The notes below the pieces were generated by a model. It was not told the origin of the DNA and made no database searches. It saw nothing but the letters and a program-made list of their open reading frames with translations. From NCBI GenBank assembly GCA_965262715.1, contig OZ253553.1:1952001-2016000 (forward strand): 64,000 bases of DNA, read 5' to 3'. This document shows positions 19,812 through 30,352 of the stretch, in pieces. This DNA is from Bdellovibrionales bacterium (lineage in GTDB: Bacteria; Bdellovibrionota; Bdellovibrionia; Bdellovibrionales; JAUICD01). The translations under genes were made by a program, and so were the position numbers. Position 1 is the stretch's first letter; each line of letters begins with the position of its first letter.

Positions 19812-20612
19812 TCATTCTTTTTTAGATTCTTTAGAACTTGTTTTAGATTCACTCTTGCTTTTTTGTTGAGATTCAATAATATCAAGCAATTCTACTTCAA
19901 AGATGAGTGTGGAATAACTAGGGATTTTTGGGCGACTCTGAGGACCATAAGCCAGCTTGCTAGGGATAAAAAGCTTCCACTTAGAACCTACTGGCATCAA
20001 TTGTAGGGCCTCTGTCCATCCTGCAATCACTCCAGATACAGGAAACTCTGCAGGCCGGCCTCTTTTATAAGAACTATCAAACTCCTCTCCTGTAGCAAGA
20101 GTCCCTTTATAATGTACACTCACTATGCTGTCTTTAGTAGGCTTAGGACCATCACCCATTTTTTGTACTTGATATTGCAACCCTGAATCTGTTGATAAAA
20201 TACCTTCAACTGATTTATTTTTTTCTAAGAAGTCTTCACCCTTCTTTTTGCTAACTTGAGCTTGTTGTCTTTGATGTTGTATAATCGATTTTTGCATATT
20301 TTGCATGGCTTTTAACATTTCTTCCTCTGTCATGCGATTTTTTTCATCCTCTGAAAAGGCATCGCCGACAGACATAGTAAGCACATCCATGTCAATTTGA
20401 ACACCTTGAGATTTGAGAGATTGCCCAAACTTGTAGCCAATAGCATAACTGATCTTTTTTTCATCTGTATCTAAAGGAATGTTTTCTGATTTTTGTGTGC
20501 AAGAAATAAAGGAAATAATAAGAAAACAAATAAAACTTATATTCTTTCCTAAAGAAAACCATTTTGTTGTTGATCTTATTATAGACTGATGTACTGAATG
20601 CAACATTTTCAA
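19812..20612 (-). CDS. FKBP-type peptidyl-prolyl isomerase (FkpA/Mip-like)
   Basis: SYAIG N-domain; VHYKGTL..EFDSSY..VIAGWTEAL..LIFEVELL. Confidence 0.93.
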   Translation of the reverse strand: MKMLHSVHQSIIRSTTKWFSLGKNISFICFLIISFISCTQKSENIPLDTDEKKISYAIGYKFGQSLKSQGVQIDMDVLTMSVGDAFSEDEKNRMTEEEMLKAMQNMQKSIIQHQRQQAQVSKKKGEDFLEKNKSVEGILSTDSGLQYQVQKMGDGPKPTKDSIVSVHYKGTLATGEEFDSSYKRGRPAEFPVSGVIAGWTEALQLMPVGSKWKLFIPSKLAYGPQSRPKIPSYSTLIFEVELLDIIESQQKSKSESKTSSKESKKE

Positions 20613-20635
20613 TATCCTTCATAGTTATTAGCTGC

Positions 20636-20923
20636 TTACTTAAGTAACCCTGGGTTTAAACTATCTTTTAGCTCTTTCCCTACTTTAAAGAAAGGTAGTC
20701 TTTTCTTTTTGACATTAATGACCTCACCCGTTCTTGGATTTCTTCCTTTATAAGAATCATAATAACGATTGGCAAAAGAACCAAAACCTCTAATCTCAAT
20801 ACGGATGTCCTTTTTTAAGGCACTTACCATTGTTTCAAAAATAACATCCACAATGATCTCTGCCTTGCTACTACTCAAGTCTGCTTTCTTAGCAACTGTT
20901 TGGATAAGTTCTGACTTAATCAT
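20636..20923 (-). CDS. HU/IHF-family DNA-binding protein (IHF-beta-like)
   Basis: MIKSELI, RIEIRGFGSF, GRNPRTGE, FKVGKELK. Confidence 0.92.
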   Translation of the reverse strand: MIKSELIQTVAKKADLSSSKAEIIVDVIFETMVSALKKDIRIEIRGFGSFANRYYDSYKGRNPRTGEVINVKKKRLPFFKVGKELKDSLNPGLLK

Positions 20924-21481
20924 TTAATTAAAACCCTATTTTTACGACCAACATAATTTAACCCCTATTTTAATGCATCTATACTCGATACCTCTTAAGC
21001 TATAAATAATTTGTTTATCAGTATCTTACTTGCTCATTATTATTTCAATTCACTCCTTATTGCAAGATCAAATCATCATTTATAAAATATAAAAATTAAA
21101 AATACTTCATACAACTCTATTACAACATAATTACAGAAACTCCTTCTGACAGAAACACTGTTTCATAAAGATAAATCTGCCTACATTATAGACATATAAT
21201 GTTTAACTTTTAGCCACATAGTAACCTATTGAAAATACTAAGCTTTAAACAAATACTGGCTTTAATATCTACATTTCTATTCAATTAAAGCTTCACTTGT
21301 ACTTATGGGTGATTTATTCAAAAGGAACAAAAATATAATATTTCTAAATACTTATTAGATTATAGTCGATATTTTAAACACTTGGAACCATCTTTGCACT
21401 AAATAATTATATCAAAAACTAAATGAAGCAATTTTTAGGGATTCAACTGTCAAATATTCAAAACAAAAGGGATTAGAAATA

Positions 21482-22999
21482 ATGAAAAAAAACAAACTCT
21501 ATATTTTAATACTTATTCCGTTAGCACTTGCTATGACCTCTTTTAATGTTGAAACACAAATTGAAAGAAGATCAATTGAACTAGCACAAAGCAGCGACAA
21601 TCCAGTAGAAGCTATACCTGAATCACCAGAAGCTAAGTCAACAGAACCACCAGCAGGTATAACAAACACTGCAGAAAATATTCGAGACATTCTCAGCCGG
21701 ATGCCAGATGAAATAAACATAGATACGAATAATGATAAAGAAGACGACACCACCCTTCAAGTTATAAAAATTGAAGAAAGCCCGCAGACATCAGGTTTCT
21801 CAATTTCTCCTGGTGCTGATAATACAAGAAATCAAGGTAAAATTATAATTACTATAAACACCTTCACAGAGGCTAATTTAGAGGCGGTACCTGGGATGCC
21901 CTGCGACTGTGACTCTCAGCAATCAATTCGCTTGGAGGTAATCCTTGCAGAAGGTCAGAGCTTAGAATCTCTTACGCCAGATGATTTAAAAACACTTCTT
22001 AAACAGAACAGCGGTGTTATCTTTGAAAAGGTCAATCAAGAAAGACGCAGTCAACATGAACAGCGTTTAGCAGAAAAAGATTGCGATCGTAAAGAAAATA
22101 ATCGGGAAAAATTAAACTGTTTGATTGATCGTGTTAAAGAATCATCAGGAGATGAAAAAGAAGAATTTGTCGCTGAAATTGAAGATCAAATGCGAGACTT
22201 GCTTTACAGTGAAGAAGATTCTGATCAAAGAACATTTGATGCCATCTTCAGAAAACTAAAGAGCGATCGTGCTTTAACAGCTTTAAAAACCAAACTCGAA
22301 AAGCACAAAGATATCAAAGAAGAGGTTGACGAATACAAAGAAGCCTCTACACATTTTGCTAATGAAATGAGAGAGCACAATCTGGCTTATGAAGAAAGCT
22401 TAGATATGATAGCAAATATAGAGAGAAATGGTTTTAGATACCCCCAAGATTGGGCAAACTACGATGCTGCAGTTCAGAATGGGGATACAGCTAAACGTCT
22501 ACTATTTCAAGCACAGCTTGGACTAAATAGGACGACAACAGATTTTAGAAGCGAATTTGATAGAATAACCACCAGACACAGTAGTGGTTTAAGTCCACGA
22601 GATATTCAAATAGCCAGAAATTATGCTTTTCCAAGAGCAAATAATAGCAGAGGAAGAAGCGCAAATGTAAGAGGAAGAGTGGCCAGTCAATCACCATTAG
22701 GCGCAAGAAGCCCTCTTATAGGAGATCAATCTATAGATTATTTAAGAGGTAATTCATATAATGGCTTACAAGGATCACCTCAGAGATTTAATAGCAGCCT
22801 CTACTCTACTAGAGGGCGATTTGGTAGTAACAATCCTACAGCTCTTAACGGCCGCATTAACGGCAGAGGCAGAAGTATGAGAAGTGGAAACCAATTTAGA
22901 TATGACCGCTATGACACTTTACCACAGCCACGAAATTTATACATTGATAGAAGACAACCTAGCAGAGGCAGAGGTATAGGTGGTCGAATAAGCATCTAA
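21482..22999 (+). CDS. Hypothetical exported protein with coiled-coil and Arg/Gly-rich tail
   Basis: 505-aa ORF, signal-like N-terminus. Confidence 0.65.
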   Translation: MKKNKLYILILIPLALAMTSFNVETQIERRSIELAQSSDNPVEAIPESPEAKSTEPPAGITNTAENIRDILSRMPDEINIDTNNDKEDDTTLQVIKIEESPQTSGFSISPGADNTRNQGKIIITINTFTEANLEAVPGMPCDCDSQQSIRLEVILAEGQSLESLTPDDLKTLLKQNSGVIFEKVNQERRSQHEQRLAEKDCDRKENNREKLNCLIDRVKESSGDEKEEFVAEIEDQMRDLLYSEEDSDQRTFDAIFRKLKSDRALTALKTKLEKHKDIKEEVDEYKEASTHFANEMREHNLAYEESLDMIANIERNGFRYPQDWANYDAAVQNGDTAKRLLFQAQLGLNRTTTDFRSEFDRITTRHSSGLSPRDIQIARNYAFPRANNSRGRSANVRGRVASQSPLGARSPLIGDQSIDYLRGNSYNGLQGSPQRFNSSLYSTRGRFGSNNPTALNGRINGRGRSMRSGNQFRYDRYDTLPQPRNLYIDRRQPSRGRGIGGRISI

Positions 23000-23249
23000 A
23001 AAAATCTATTATTTTCAAAAATCAGGTTGATATACATCAATAAATGATTTCCTTAATATGGTGTTAAGAAACAGAGGCTATCTCTTTTCTATCTGGGAAA
23101 CTGGCAAACAAGCAATTGGTTGCCGACAACTAAAACGATGACTGGTAACAAGGATAGCTTACCAGCTTCTAAGTCTACCTGAATGCCAGATAAAATAATC
23201 CACTATTTTAAATCTTGTTTCTATATACCTACGTATACCTTTTTTTTAC

Positions 23250-24617
23250 ATTCCCTTAGCATGATGTCAAAAAACGAGGAATATCTACCCTCCTAAAAAT
23301 GAACAGATTTTTGAGACAATCAGCATTACTGATAGCTCTAACCGTCAGGCTAACTAATAAACAACAACGATTCCCTTAACATGATGTCAAAAAACGAGGG
23401 GAGTCTCCCTACTCAAAATAAACAGATTTTCTAGGCGATAACCATTTTACCGGCGGTGAGAACCGTCGGGGTCATCGCCAGAAAACGGCCAGAGGCTCGC
23501 CTCGAGAGGCCAGTTTATTTTGAGTGAAGTAGCAAATCAAGGAAAATATCTTTGCAGTAATGATTTGAGGGGGAGGTAGTAAACGATTTCCTTAACATCA
23601 TGTTAAAAAACGAGGGGAGTCTCCTACTTAAAATGAACAGGTTTTTGAGGCATTTAGCATTTTCTTGAAGGCGCGAGCCTTCAGGCTGATTAGATACATT
23701 TAAAGAGTCTATCATCTATAAATTAAACACTGTAATCTTTAAAAATCTCAGTGAGACAAGCCTTAACGCTTGTCTATTCCAAAAACTGCCAGAGGCAGGT
23801 TTATTTTTAGTGAAAATAAGTTTTGCGGAAGATCTCGTTTTTGGCTTAAAACATCAACTCTTAGACTGCTATGAAAAGATTTGGTGTGATTTGAAGGGAG
23901 GAGGTAGTGAATGGAAATTTTCCTTAACATATTGTTAAGCAACGAAGGGAGTCTCCCCTCCTAAAAGTAAACGGATTTTCTAGGCAGTCAGCATTTTCTT
24001 GAAGGCGTGAGCCTTCAGACTGATTAGATACATTTAAAGAGTCTATCATCTATAAATTAAACACTGTAATCTTTAAAAATCTCAGTGAGACAAGCCTTAA
24101 CGCTTGTCTATTCCAAAAACTGCCAGAGGCAGGTTTATTTTTAGTGAAAATAAGTTTTGCGGAAGATCTCGTTTTTGGCTTAAAACATCAACTCTTAGAC
24201 TGCTATGAAAAGATTTGGTGTGATTTGAAGGGAGGAGGTAGTGAATGGAAATTTTCCTTAACATATTGTTAAGCAACGAAGGGAGTCTCCCCTCCTAAAA
24301 GTAAACGGATTTTCTAGGCGATGACCATTTTACCGACGATGAGAACCGTCGGGGTCATCGCCAGAAAACAGCCAGAGACTCGCCTCGAGAGGCCAGTTCA
24401 TTTTGAGTGAAACAGCAAAACAAGGAAAAGATCTTTGCAGTAATGATTTGAAGGGGAGGTAGTAAACGATTTCCTTAACATGATGTTAAAAAACGAGGGG
24501 AGTCTTCTTACTAAAAATGTCCCAAGCTTTCTGGCAGTCAGCTTTTTACGACGACGAGAGTCGTCGAGCTTACTGCCAGAAAGTTGCTAGGAGCAAGGGG
24601 CATTTTTAGTGATACAG
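23250..24617 (+). repeat. Array of six structured repeat units including a 334-bp-period tandem duplication
   Basis: Leaders at 23254, 23374, 23590, 23922, 24256, 24473; 23656-23985 nearly identical to 23990-24319. Confidence 0.9.
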
Positions 24618-24624
24618 AGCATTT

Positions 24625-25992
24625 TTAGGGAGACAGTTCTAAACCTCTTCTTTCAAATTCTTGTTTGATGATGTCAGAGTATTTAGAACTTTTTTCTGAA
24701 GAAAACATTTGTTGGTTAAGATGATTTATTTTTACTCCAAGAGTTTCAAAGTTGTCACTGTAGGTGATTAACGGAAGATGCTCGGTAAAGAGCTTTACAA
24801 TATCCTCTTTTAAAACATCAGTATGGTTATATATCTCCCACCAAATACTACTATAGAGGACTCCCATTAAATGAATCTCACCACTGCCATCATCTTGGCA
24901 ATTATCATAAACTGCATCAGCAGTCAGCGTTTTATTTTTTGTAGGGTTTCTAGAGAATTCCTCACCAGAACCGCAGGCTGTAATACCCTTTAGATTATTA
25001 GTAATAAGCTCTCCTATTTGAGGATTATCTGGAAATAAAATAGCTACATGAAAGTCAGCCTGTCCTTCATTAATAGCAAAGAGACAACCTTTTTTATCAA
25101 TACAACAACGACTTGAATCATTTTGTTCTTCCCCAGAGAGTTCACAGAGAGATTTTCTATCAGAACATCTCACATTTTTCTCACAAACACCATTACTAGA
25201 CCTTTCAACAGCAGAATAAGAAAAGTTAGCATGACCTGCTTCATGCACAAGAACGTCAGCACTTAATCCCATTCGCCCTCCACAAAGCTGTATTTTATTT
25301 TCAGAGGCACTCCAGTAAGCGCAAGCTTTAGAGTCACTAAGTCTCTCGTTGAGAATAGTAATATTCTTATTTGTGGCATACCATTTACCTGTATTGAGCT
25401 GCATCCAATCCTTTTGGTACATAATCCAGTGATATATCATGGCTTGATCTACTGAAAGATCAAAATCAGTGTAGGGTGTCGTCCACTTCCCTTTAGGGTC
25501 AGAAACATGAACTCTTTTTTTATCTTCATCAGATTCTATAAGCACATCAAAATGTTCATTTTTCAAAGAACCCTCAGTCGTATCACTGATATAAACAGCA
25601 TAATTTTGGAGTGAATAAAGCTCTTCTAATATAACATTAATATCTGTGCTTAAATTTAGAGGCGCGCCTTTTTGAGCAACAGGGTTCTTCTCATAAATAC
25701 AGGCATTGATATTGGGGTTCATCGGTAATTCTTCTTGGCAATTAGGCACTATACTCCCTACTCTGCCGGGTATTTGTAGTCTATCTGCTAAAGTAGTTGT
25801 AGTTGTACTTGTAGTACTTATCGAGCTTGTTGTTGTGCTTTGAATTGGTGAAGAAGATTCTTCCTGTTTACTTGAAGGTGTCAGCTCACCTCCAAGTTCT
25901 TCTGTTTTACAATTTTGAAAGAAAAGACTAATAAAAACCAATGTTATCAAAAAAAACAACCATGGAATGTATCTTCTTTTAAATAACTTCAT
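24625..25992 (-). CDS. Exported gluzincin (M4/M36-like) metalloprotease with FQNC motif
   Basis: DVLVHEAGH, AINEGQADF, GEIHLMG motifs; FFQNC leader. Confidence 0.75.
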   Translation of the reverse strand: MKLFKRRYIPWLFFLITLVFISLFFQNCKTEELGGELTPSSKQEESSSPIQSTTTSSISTTSTTTTTLADRLQIPGRVGSIVPNCQEELPMNPNINACIYEKNPVAQKGAPLNLSTDINVILEELYSLQNYAVYISDTTEGSLKNEHFDVLIESDEDKKRVHVSDPKGKWTTPYTDFDLSVDQAMIYHWIMYQKDWMQLNTGKWYATNKNITILNERLSDSKACAYWSASENKIQLCGGRMGLSADVLVHEAGHANFSYSAVERSSNGVCEKNVRCSDRKSLCELSGEEQNDSSRCCIDKKGCLFAINEGQADFHVAILFPDNPQIGELITNNLKGITACGSGEEFSRNPTKNKTLTADAVYDNCQDDGSGEIHLMGVLYSSIWWEIYNHTDVLKEDIVKLFTEHLPLITYSDNFETLGVKINHLNQQMFSSEKSSKYSDIIKQEFERRGLELSP

Positions 25993-26302
25993 TTAAATAA
26001 TGATTCCTGACGCTAAATAAAATTTTAAAAGTCCATATTTAGTCTTGACATATATACTTCTCTTCGGTAGAATCTTGAGAATAATAAATGACTAAAAAAT
26101 AAAGCTTGAATAAAATTTTGAATTAAATTAGGGATAATAAAGGTTTAACTTGAAGACTTTAAATAGCCAGGAAACTAAGCTTTTCAACTGAGGTTTATTT
26201 GTTCAGTCATATCTTATTGACTACGTTGTACCAAGTGTGCGATTTTAGAGTTTTAATAATAGGAGTGGGAAATTTTATGAGATTTGACCTGAGGAGAAGA
26301 AC

Positions 26303-26569
26303 ATGGTTGTGATCCGTTTATCTCGATATGGAGCTAAAAAAGCACCAAAGTACCGCATCACTGTTTCTGACCAGAGGAAATGGCGAAATAGCCGTGCTAT
26401 TGAGGTCTTGGGGCATTATACCCCATCTCATCAAGGAATGGCAAAAAAGGTTGTTATTGATTTGGAAAACATCAAAAAGTGGGTCCATCAAGGGGCAAAG
26501 CCTTCTTTACGTGTACAAAAACTCATTTCTGAAGCACAAACATCATTGCCTGTGGAAAAAAATGCTTAA
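26303..26569 (+). CDS. rpsP: 30S ribosomal protein S16
   Basis: MVVIRLSRYGAKKAPKYRI..IEVLGHY..GAKPS. Confidence 0.95.
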   Translation: MVVIRLSRYGAKKAPKYRITVSDQRKWRNSRAIEVLGHYTPSHQGMAKKVVIDLENIKKWVHQGAKPSLRVQKLISEAQTSLPVEKNA

Positions 26570-26711
26570 AAGTGAAGGTGTGTTCACGAATTGAAGACGA
26601 TTACGATGGATTTATTTAAAGATTTGAGTTAATATAGGATGAAAAAGACATAAGGTTTAAGTAAATAACCAAAATAAAGAATTTAAATATATATGTAGGG
26701 TGGTATTAATC

Positions 26712-26960
26712 ATGAGTAATGAGACAAGCTTAAAAGAACTTGTAGAATTTATGGCAAAATCTTTAGTAGACAAACCTGAAGAGGTGGTTGTCAATGAAAT
26801 GATAGGGGAGCACACGACGGTGATTGAACTTAGAGTTGCTAAAGATGATTTAGGTAAAGTTATAGGAAAACAAGGTCGCACTGCCAAGTCGATGAGATCA
26901 ATATTGAATGCAGCTAGCATTAAAATTAATAAACGTAGTGTTTTAGAGATTCTAGAATGA
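26712..26960 (+). CDS. khpA: KH-domain RNA-binding protein KhpA
   Basis: [25 protein letters not shown]; follows rpsP. Confidence 0.9.
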   Translation: MSNETSLKELVEFMAKSLVDKPEEVVVNEMIGEHTTVIELRVAKDDLGKVIGKQGRTAKSMRSILNAASIKINKRSVLEILE

Positions 26961-27051
26961 GCTTTAATGAAAGTTAACTTGTTAGTCGATACCACTTTAT
27001 AAAATTGATTCTCACTATTTGTCTTTAGTTAAAAAACCAAGTTAATTGATT

Positions 27052-28344
27052 TTAAGAAAACAATGGATTAACCCAGATAGTACTTTTACGCTCTGGCCCT
27101 ACGCTTATAACGTCTATAGGGATTTCTAACTTATTTTCTAAAAAATCAATATAATACCGTGCATTAGAAGGTAGGTCTTCAATTTTTTTAGCTTTAGTGA
27201 TATCTTGTTCCCATCCAGGAAATGTTTTTAAATTTGGTTTAGCAGATTTTAGCATTTTATCAGAGAGAGGAAAGTTTGTAACTTCCTGACCATCTATAAG
27301 ATAACTTATCGCAATGGCAATTTCTTCTAACCCAGTTAGAACATCTAATTTCATTAGAGCTAAGCTGCTAATGCCATTAATGCGAATAGCATACTTTAAG
27401 GCCACAAGATCTAGCCAACCACATCTACGCTTCCGACCTGTTGTGGCACCATATTCTTCACCTTGCTTTTGTATAACACCTCCTAAATCATTTTCCAATT
27501 CTGTGGGGAAAGGACCATTTCCCACACGGCTACAATATGCTTTGGCAATACCTATAACCTTTTTGATAGATAAAGGTCCTATACCGGACCCAATACATGC
27601 AGATCCAGCCAAAGTAGAAGCACTCGTTACAAAAGGATATGTACCATGAAACAAATCCAATAAGGCACCTTGTGCTCCTTCATAAAGAATTTTATGATTT
27701 AATTTGCGGTGTTTATCTATAACATAAGACGTATCAGTAGATCTATAAGGCACTAACTCCTGCGCATAATTTAAAAGATCTTTATAAATGGTTTCTACAT
27801 CAAATTTGGGAAATGAGTAATATGATAGTAGATAGTTTTTCTCTTCTAAGCTTAAACTAAGCTTTTTCTTTAAAGTTTCAGGTTCAAAAATATCTCTGAA
27901 CAAAATAGCTCTTCTGGAAGCCCGATCTTCATAAGCTGGACCTATACCTTTTCCCGTTGTTCCAATTTTTCCATACTTTAATGTGGCTTCACGGGCAGTG
28001 TCTAGTGCCTTATGATAAGGCAAACTCAAAGTGGCATTATCAGAGATAAAAAGCTGTTTATCTTTCTTTAAAAATCCAACTTTTTTAAGGCTACGGATTT
28101 CTTGAGTGACAACTTCTAAGTCTAAAACAACACCTGCTGCAATAACACAAGCGCAAGAATCATGTAGAATGCCAGAAGGTAGAAGGTGTAAAATAGTTTT
28201 CCGTCCATCTATGACAAGTGTATGACCAGCATTTGCTCCTCCTTGATAACGAACAACTAAGTCTGCCTGTGCAGAAAATAAGTCTACAAGCTTACCTTTG
28301 CCTTCATCACCCCACTGAGACCCCACTACAATCACTTCTGACAT
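27052..28344 (-). CDS. purA: Adenylosuccinate synthetase
   Basis: QWGDEGKGK, GGANAGHT, EGAQG, EYGATTGRKRRCGW. Confidence 0.97.
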   Translation of the reverse strand: MSEVIVVGSQWGDEGKGKLVDLFSAQADLVVRYQGGANAGHTLVIDGRKTILHLLPSGILHDSCACVIAAGVVLDLEVVTQEIRSLKKVGFLKKDKQLFISDNATLSLPYHKALDTAREATLKYGKIGTTGKGIGPAYEDRASRRAILFRDIFEPETLKKKLSLSLEEKNYLLSYYSFPKFDVETIYKDLLNYAQELVPYRSTDTSYVIDKHRKLNHKILYEGAQGALLDLFHGTYPFVTSASTLAGSACIGSGIGPLSIKKVIGIAKAYCSRVGNGPFPTELENDLGGVIQKQGEEYGATTGRKRRCGWLDLVALKYAIRINGISSLALMKLDVLTGLEEIAIAISYLIDGQEVTNFPLSDKMLKSAKPNLKTFPGWEQDITKAKKIEDLPSNARYYIDFLENKLEIPIDVISVGPERKSTIWVNPLFS

Positions 28345-28515
28345 TTTTATACCTTTCTATAAAAAACAAAGCTTTTAAAACATAGCCTATCTTATATAGT
28401 TTGTATCCTTTTAAAAAACAACACTTTAAAAGTCCTTTATCAATCAAAGTATCTATACAACTGAAAAAAAGACTTTCGCCTTATATTTACACAATACATT
28501 TCTTCCGAATGGAAC

Positions 28516-29841
28516 ATGGATAGGATACGTTTATTGAGGAAAAATAAAGTGTTAAGACAAAAGATCAATTACCTGGTTAAAAGGCTATTTCAAAGTGACT
28601 TATTCGGCAATTTGTCTCTTACGCCTAAAGTTATAAAAATTCTCTTACTGCTATCAATAACAAATCATCTATTTATCAGCTGTGGAGCTCAAAATGATGT
28701 TCCACGCGCAAATAATAATATGACGGGTGGCATCCCTACTAGTCAATATGAACAAGAAATTCAAAGGGATATACATCAGCTACGCAATACAAATCGTATT
28801 ATTTCTGCCAATTCTGATATAAGAGATATGACATGGCTCTTATCCTGGGGTGCAGATGGTGAAATATATATAGAAACAAGTACAAGCAGTGAAGATAAAG
28901 TTTATAACTTTGCAAATGCCATTAATAGAAATGGAGCTTTCATTGTAGCTTCTCAATCTGATTTGAATAACCCTGAAGATTTATCAGAAGATGAAACATT
29001 TAGAGTTTTAGAATTCGAACATTCTTCGAGAGAAGTTAAAGGAAGAATTTTACGTGCTAATAAGCAAACAATCATCCTTATGAAAGATGCGATCACATCT
29101 CAAACTGTATTTACAGAAAATACAGCACCAATAGAAGCTTTTTTTAAATTAACTTTTGCAAGAGCTGCACATTCTTATTCTATACATCCTAATAGTCAGA
29201 ATGCTGCAGTTATTGACCAGCTACTACAAAATAGACAAGCCTATGTCTTCATTTCAACTGTGTATTGGACAGATATCAATATGGGCACATCATTAAAGGG
29301 TTTAAATATTACACTTGATCATAATAATAATAATGGTAACAATTTTGGATTATCTAGAAATACACCTTATCCTAGGTCTAACACACCTACTTCCAACTTC
29401 AGATTAGATGGAAAAGTAGATGTAAGTATTGATTTATTATCTCTCACAGGAGGTGACGATTATAGCATTACAAATATCTTCTTTCAGCAATCAGCAAGAG
29501 AATTTCTAAACCCTTATCAAACCGAAAGGATTAGAGCGGTTTTAACTACGGATTCAGATACTTCAGATGATCAGGAATCTTCCAATTTGGGATCTATTTA
29601 TTTACGAAAAAAAACACTTAATCCACTCCATTTTGTTTTTGATATTTCAATCTCTCTATTGAGTACTTCAACCAATGCCACTTCAAATATCTCCAACCTT
29701 GTGTTTATAGATCCTTTTGAAGATGTGGGTATACAAAGAGACTTACTTTCCGAAATAGGTGTTAGAAAAGATAGAGGTATTCTCGGCAAGCTTAACCCCA
29801 TAAATTGGCTAAAAGGCCTAGGCCGTATTTTCGGAAGGTGA
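28516..29841 (+). CDS. Hypothetical (possibly lipo)protein
   Basis: 441-aa ORF; internal LFISCG lipobox-like segment; start uncertain. Confidence 0.55.
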   Translation: MDRIRLLRKNKVLRQKINYLVKRLFQSDLFGNLSLTPKVIKILLLLSITNHLFISCGAQNDVPRANNNMTGGIPTSQYEQEIQRDIHQLRNTNRIISANSDIRDMTWLLSWGADGEIYIETSTSSEDKVYNFANAINRNGAFIVASQSDLNNPEDLSEDETFRVLEFEHSSREVKGRILRANKQTIILMKDAITSQTVFTENTAPIEAFFKLTFARAAHSYSIHPNSQNAAVIDQLLQNRQAYVFISTVYWTDINMGTSLKGLNITLDHNNNNGNNFGLSRNTPYPRSNTPTSNFRLDGKVDVSIDLLSLTGGDDYSITNIFFQQSAREFLNPYQTERIRAVLTTDSDTSDDQESSNLGSIYLRKKTLNPLHFVFDISISLLSTSTNATSNISNLVFIDPFEDVGIQRDLLSEIGVRKDRGILGKLNPINWLKGLGRIFGR

Positions 29842-30024
29842 TTGAAAGATTATTTTGTCCGGGAAACAAGCAGACAAGGCAAGCTGGCAATCAGTTGCCG
29901 GCAACTAAAACTCTGTAATCTGTTCTTGAGATATAAATCATGGTTTCATTTTTTAAGATGACTGATAACAGAAACAGCTTGCCTGATGTAAAGGATATTT
30001 TTTGAAAAAAATCTTTGGAACAAT

Positions 30025-30122
30025 GATTTGATGTTTTAAGCCAGACCTCGAAGTCCTCGAGTGATCGCTTTGTTAGCGATCACTCTGCGGAAGATCTCGT
30101 CTTTGTCTTAAAACATCAAATC
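30025..30122. repeat. Nested-hairpin module in repeat linker
   Basis: 16-bp IR 30025-30040/30107-30122 with inner IR 30059-30085; 3' part recurs near 23824-23860 and 24158-24194. Confidence 0.7.
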
Positions 30123-30185
30123 TTAAGTTGCTATTAAACGATTTAGTGTGATTTGTAGAGAGAGGAAGTAGGTAATAAGGAAAAC

Positions 30186-30352
30186 GATTTCCTTAACATG
30201 ATGTAAATAAATGAGGGGAGTCTCCTTACTAAAATGCCTCATGCTTTCTAGGCATTGCCCTATTTGCCAAACGGCGTGAGCCAGTTTGGGGGCAATGCCA
30301 GAAAGTCGCCAGAAGCGAGAGGCATTTTAGTGATACAGAGACCAGTTCATTT
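30186..30352 (+). repeat. Structured repeat unit
   Basis: Leader at 30191; stems ACTAAAATGCCTC/GAGGCATTTTAGT, GGCATTGCCC/GGGCAATGCC, GTGA loop. Confidence 0.85.

Noticed and set aside
23515..23715. 66-aa ORF (also 33429-33704 and 62218-62442, which resemble it)
   Set aside because: All are antisense readings of the structured repeat; the similarity comes from the DNA repeat
23250..24617. CRISPR array
   Set aside because: Repeats are degenerate and irregularly spaced, intervening sequences are homologous to each other, and no cas genes are in the window
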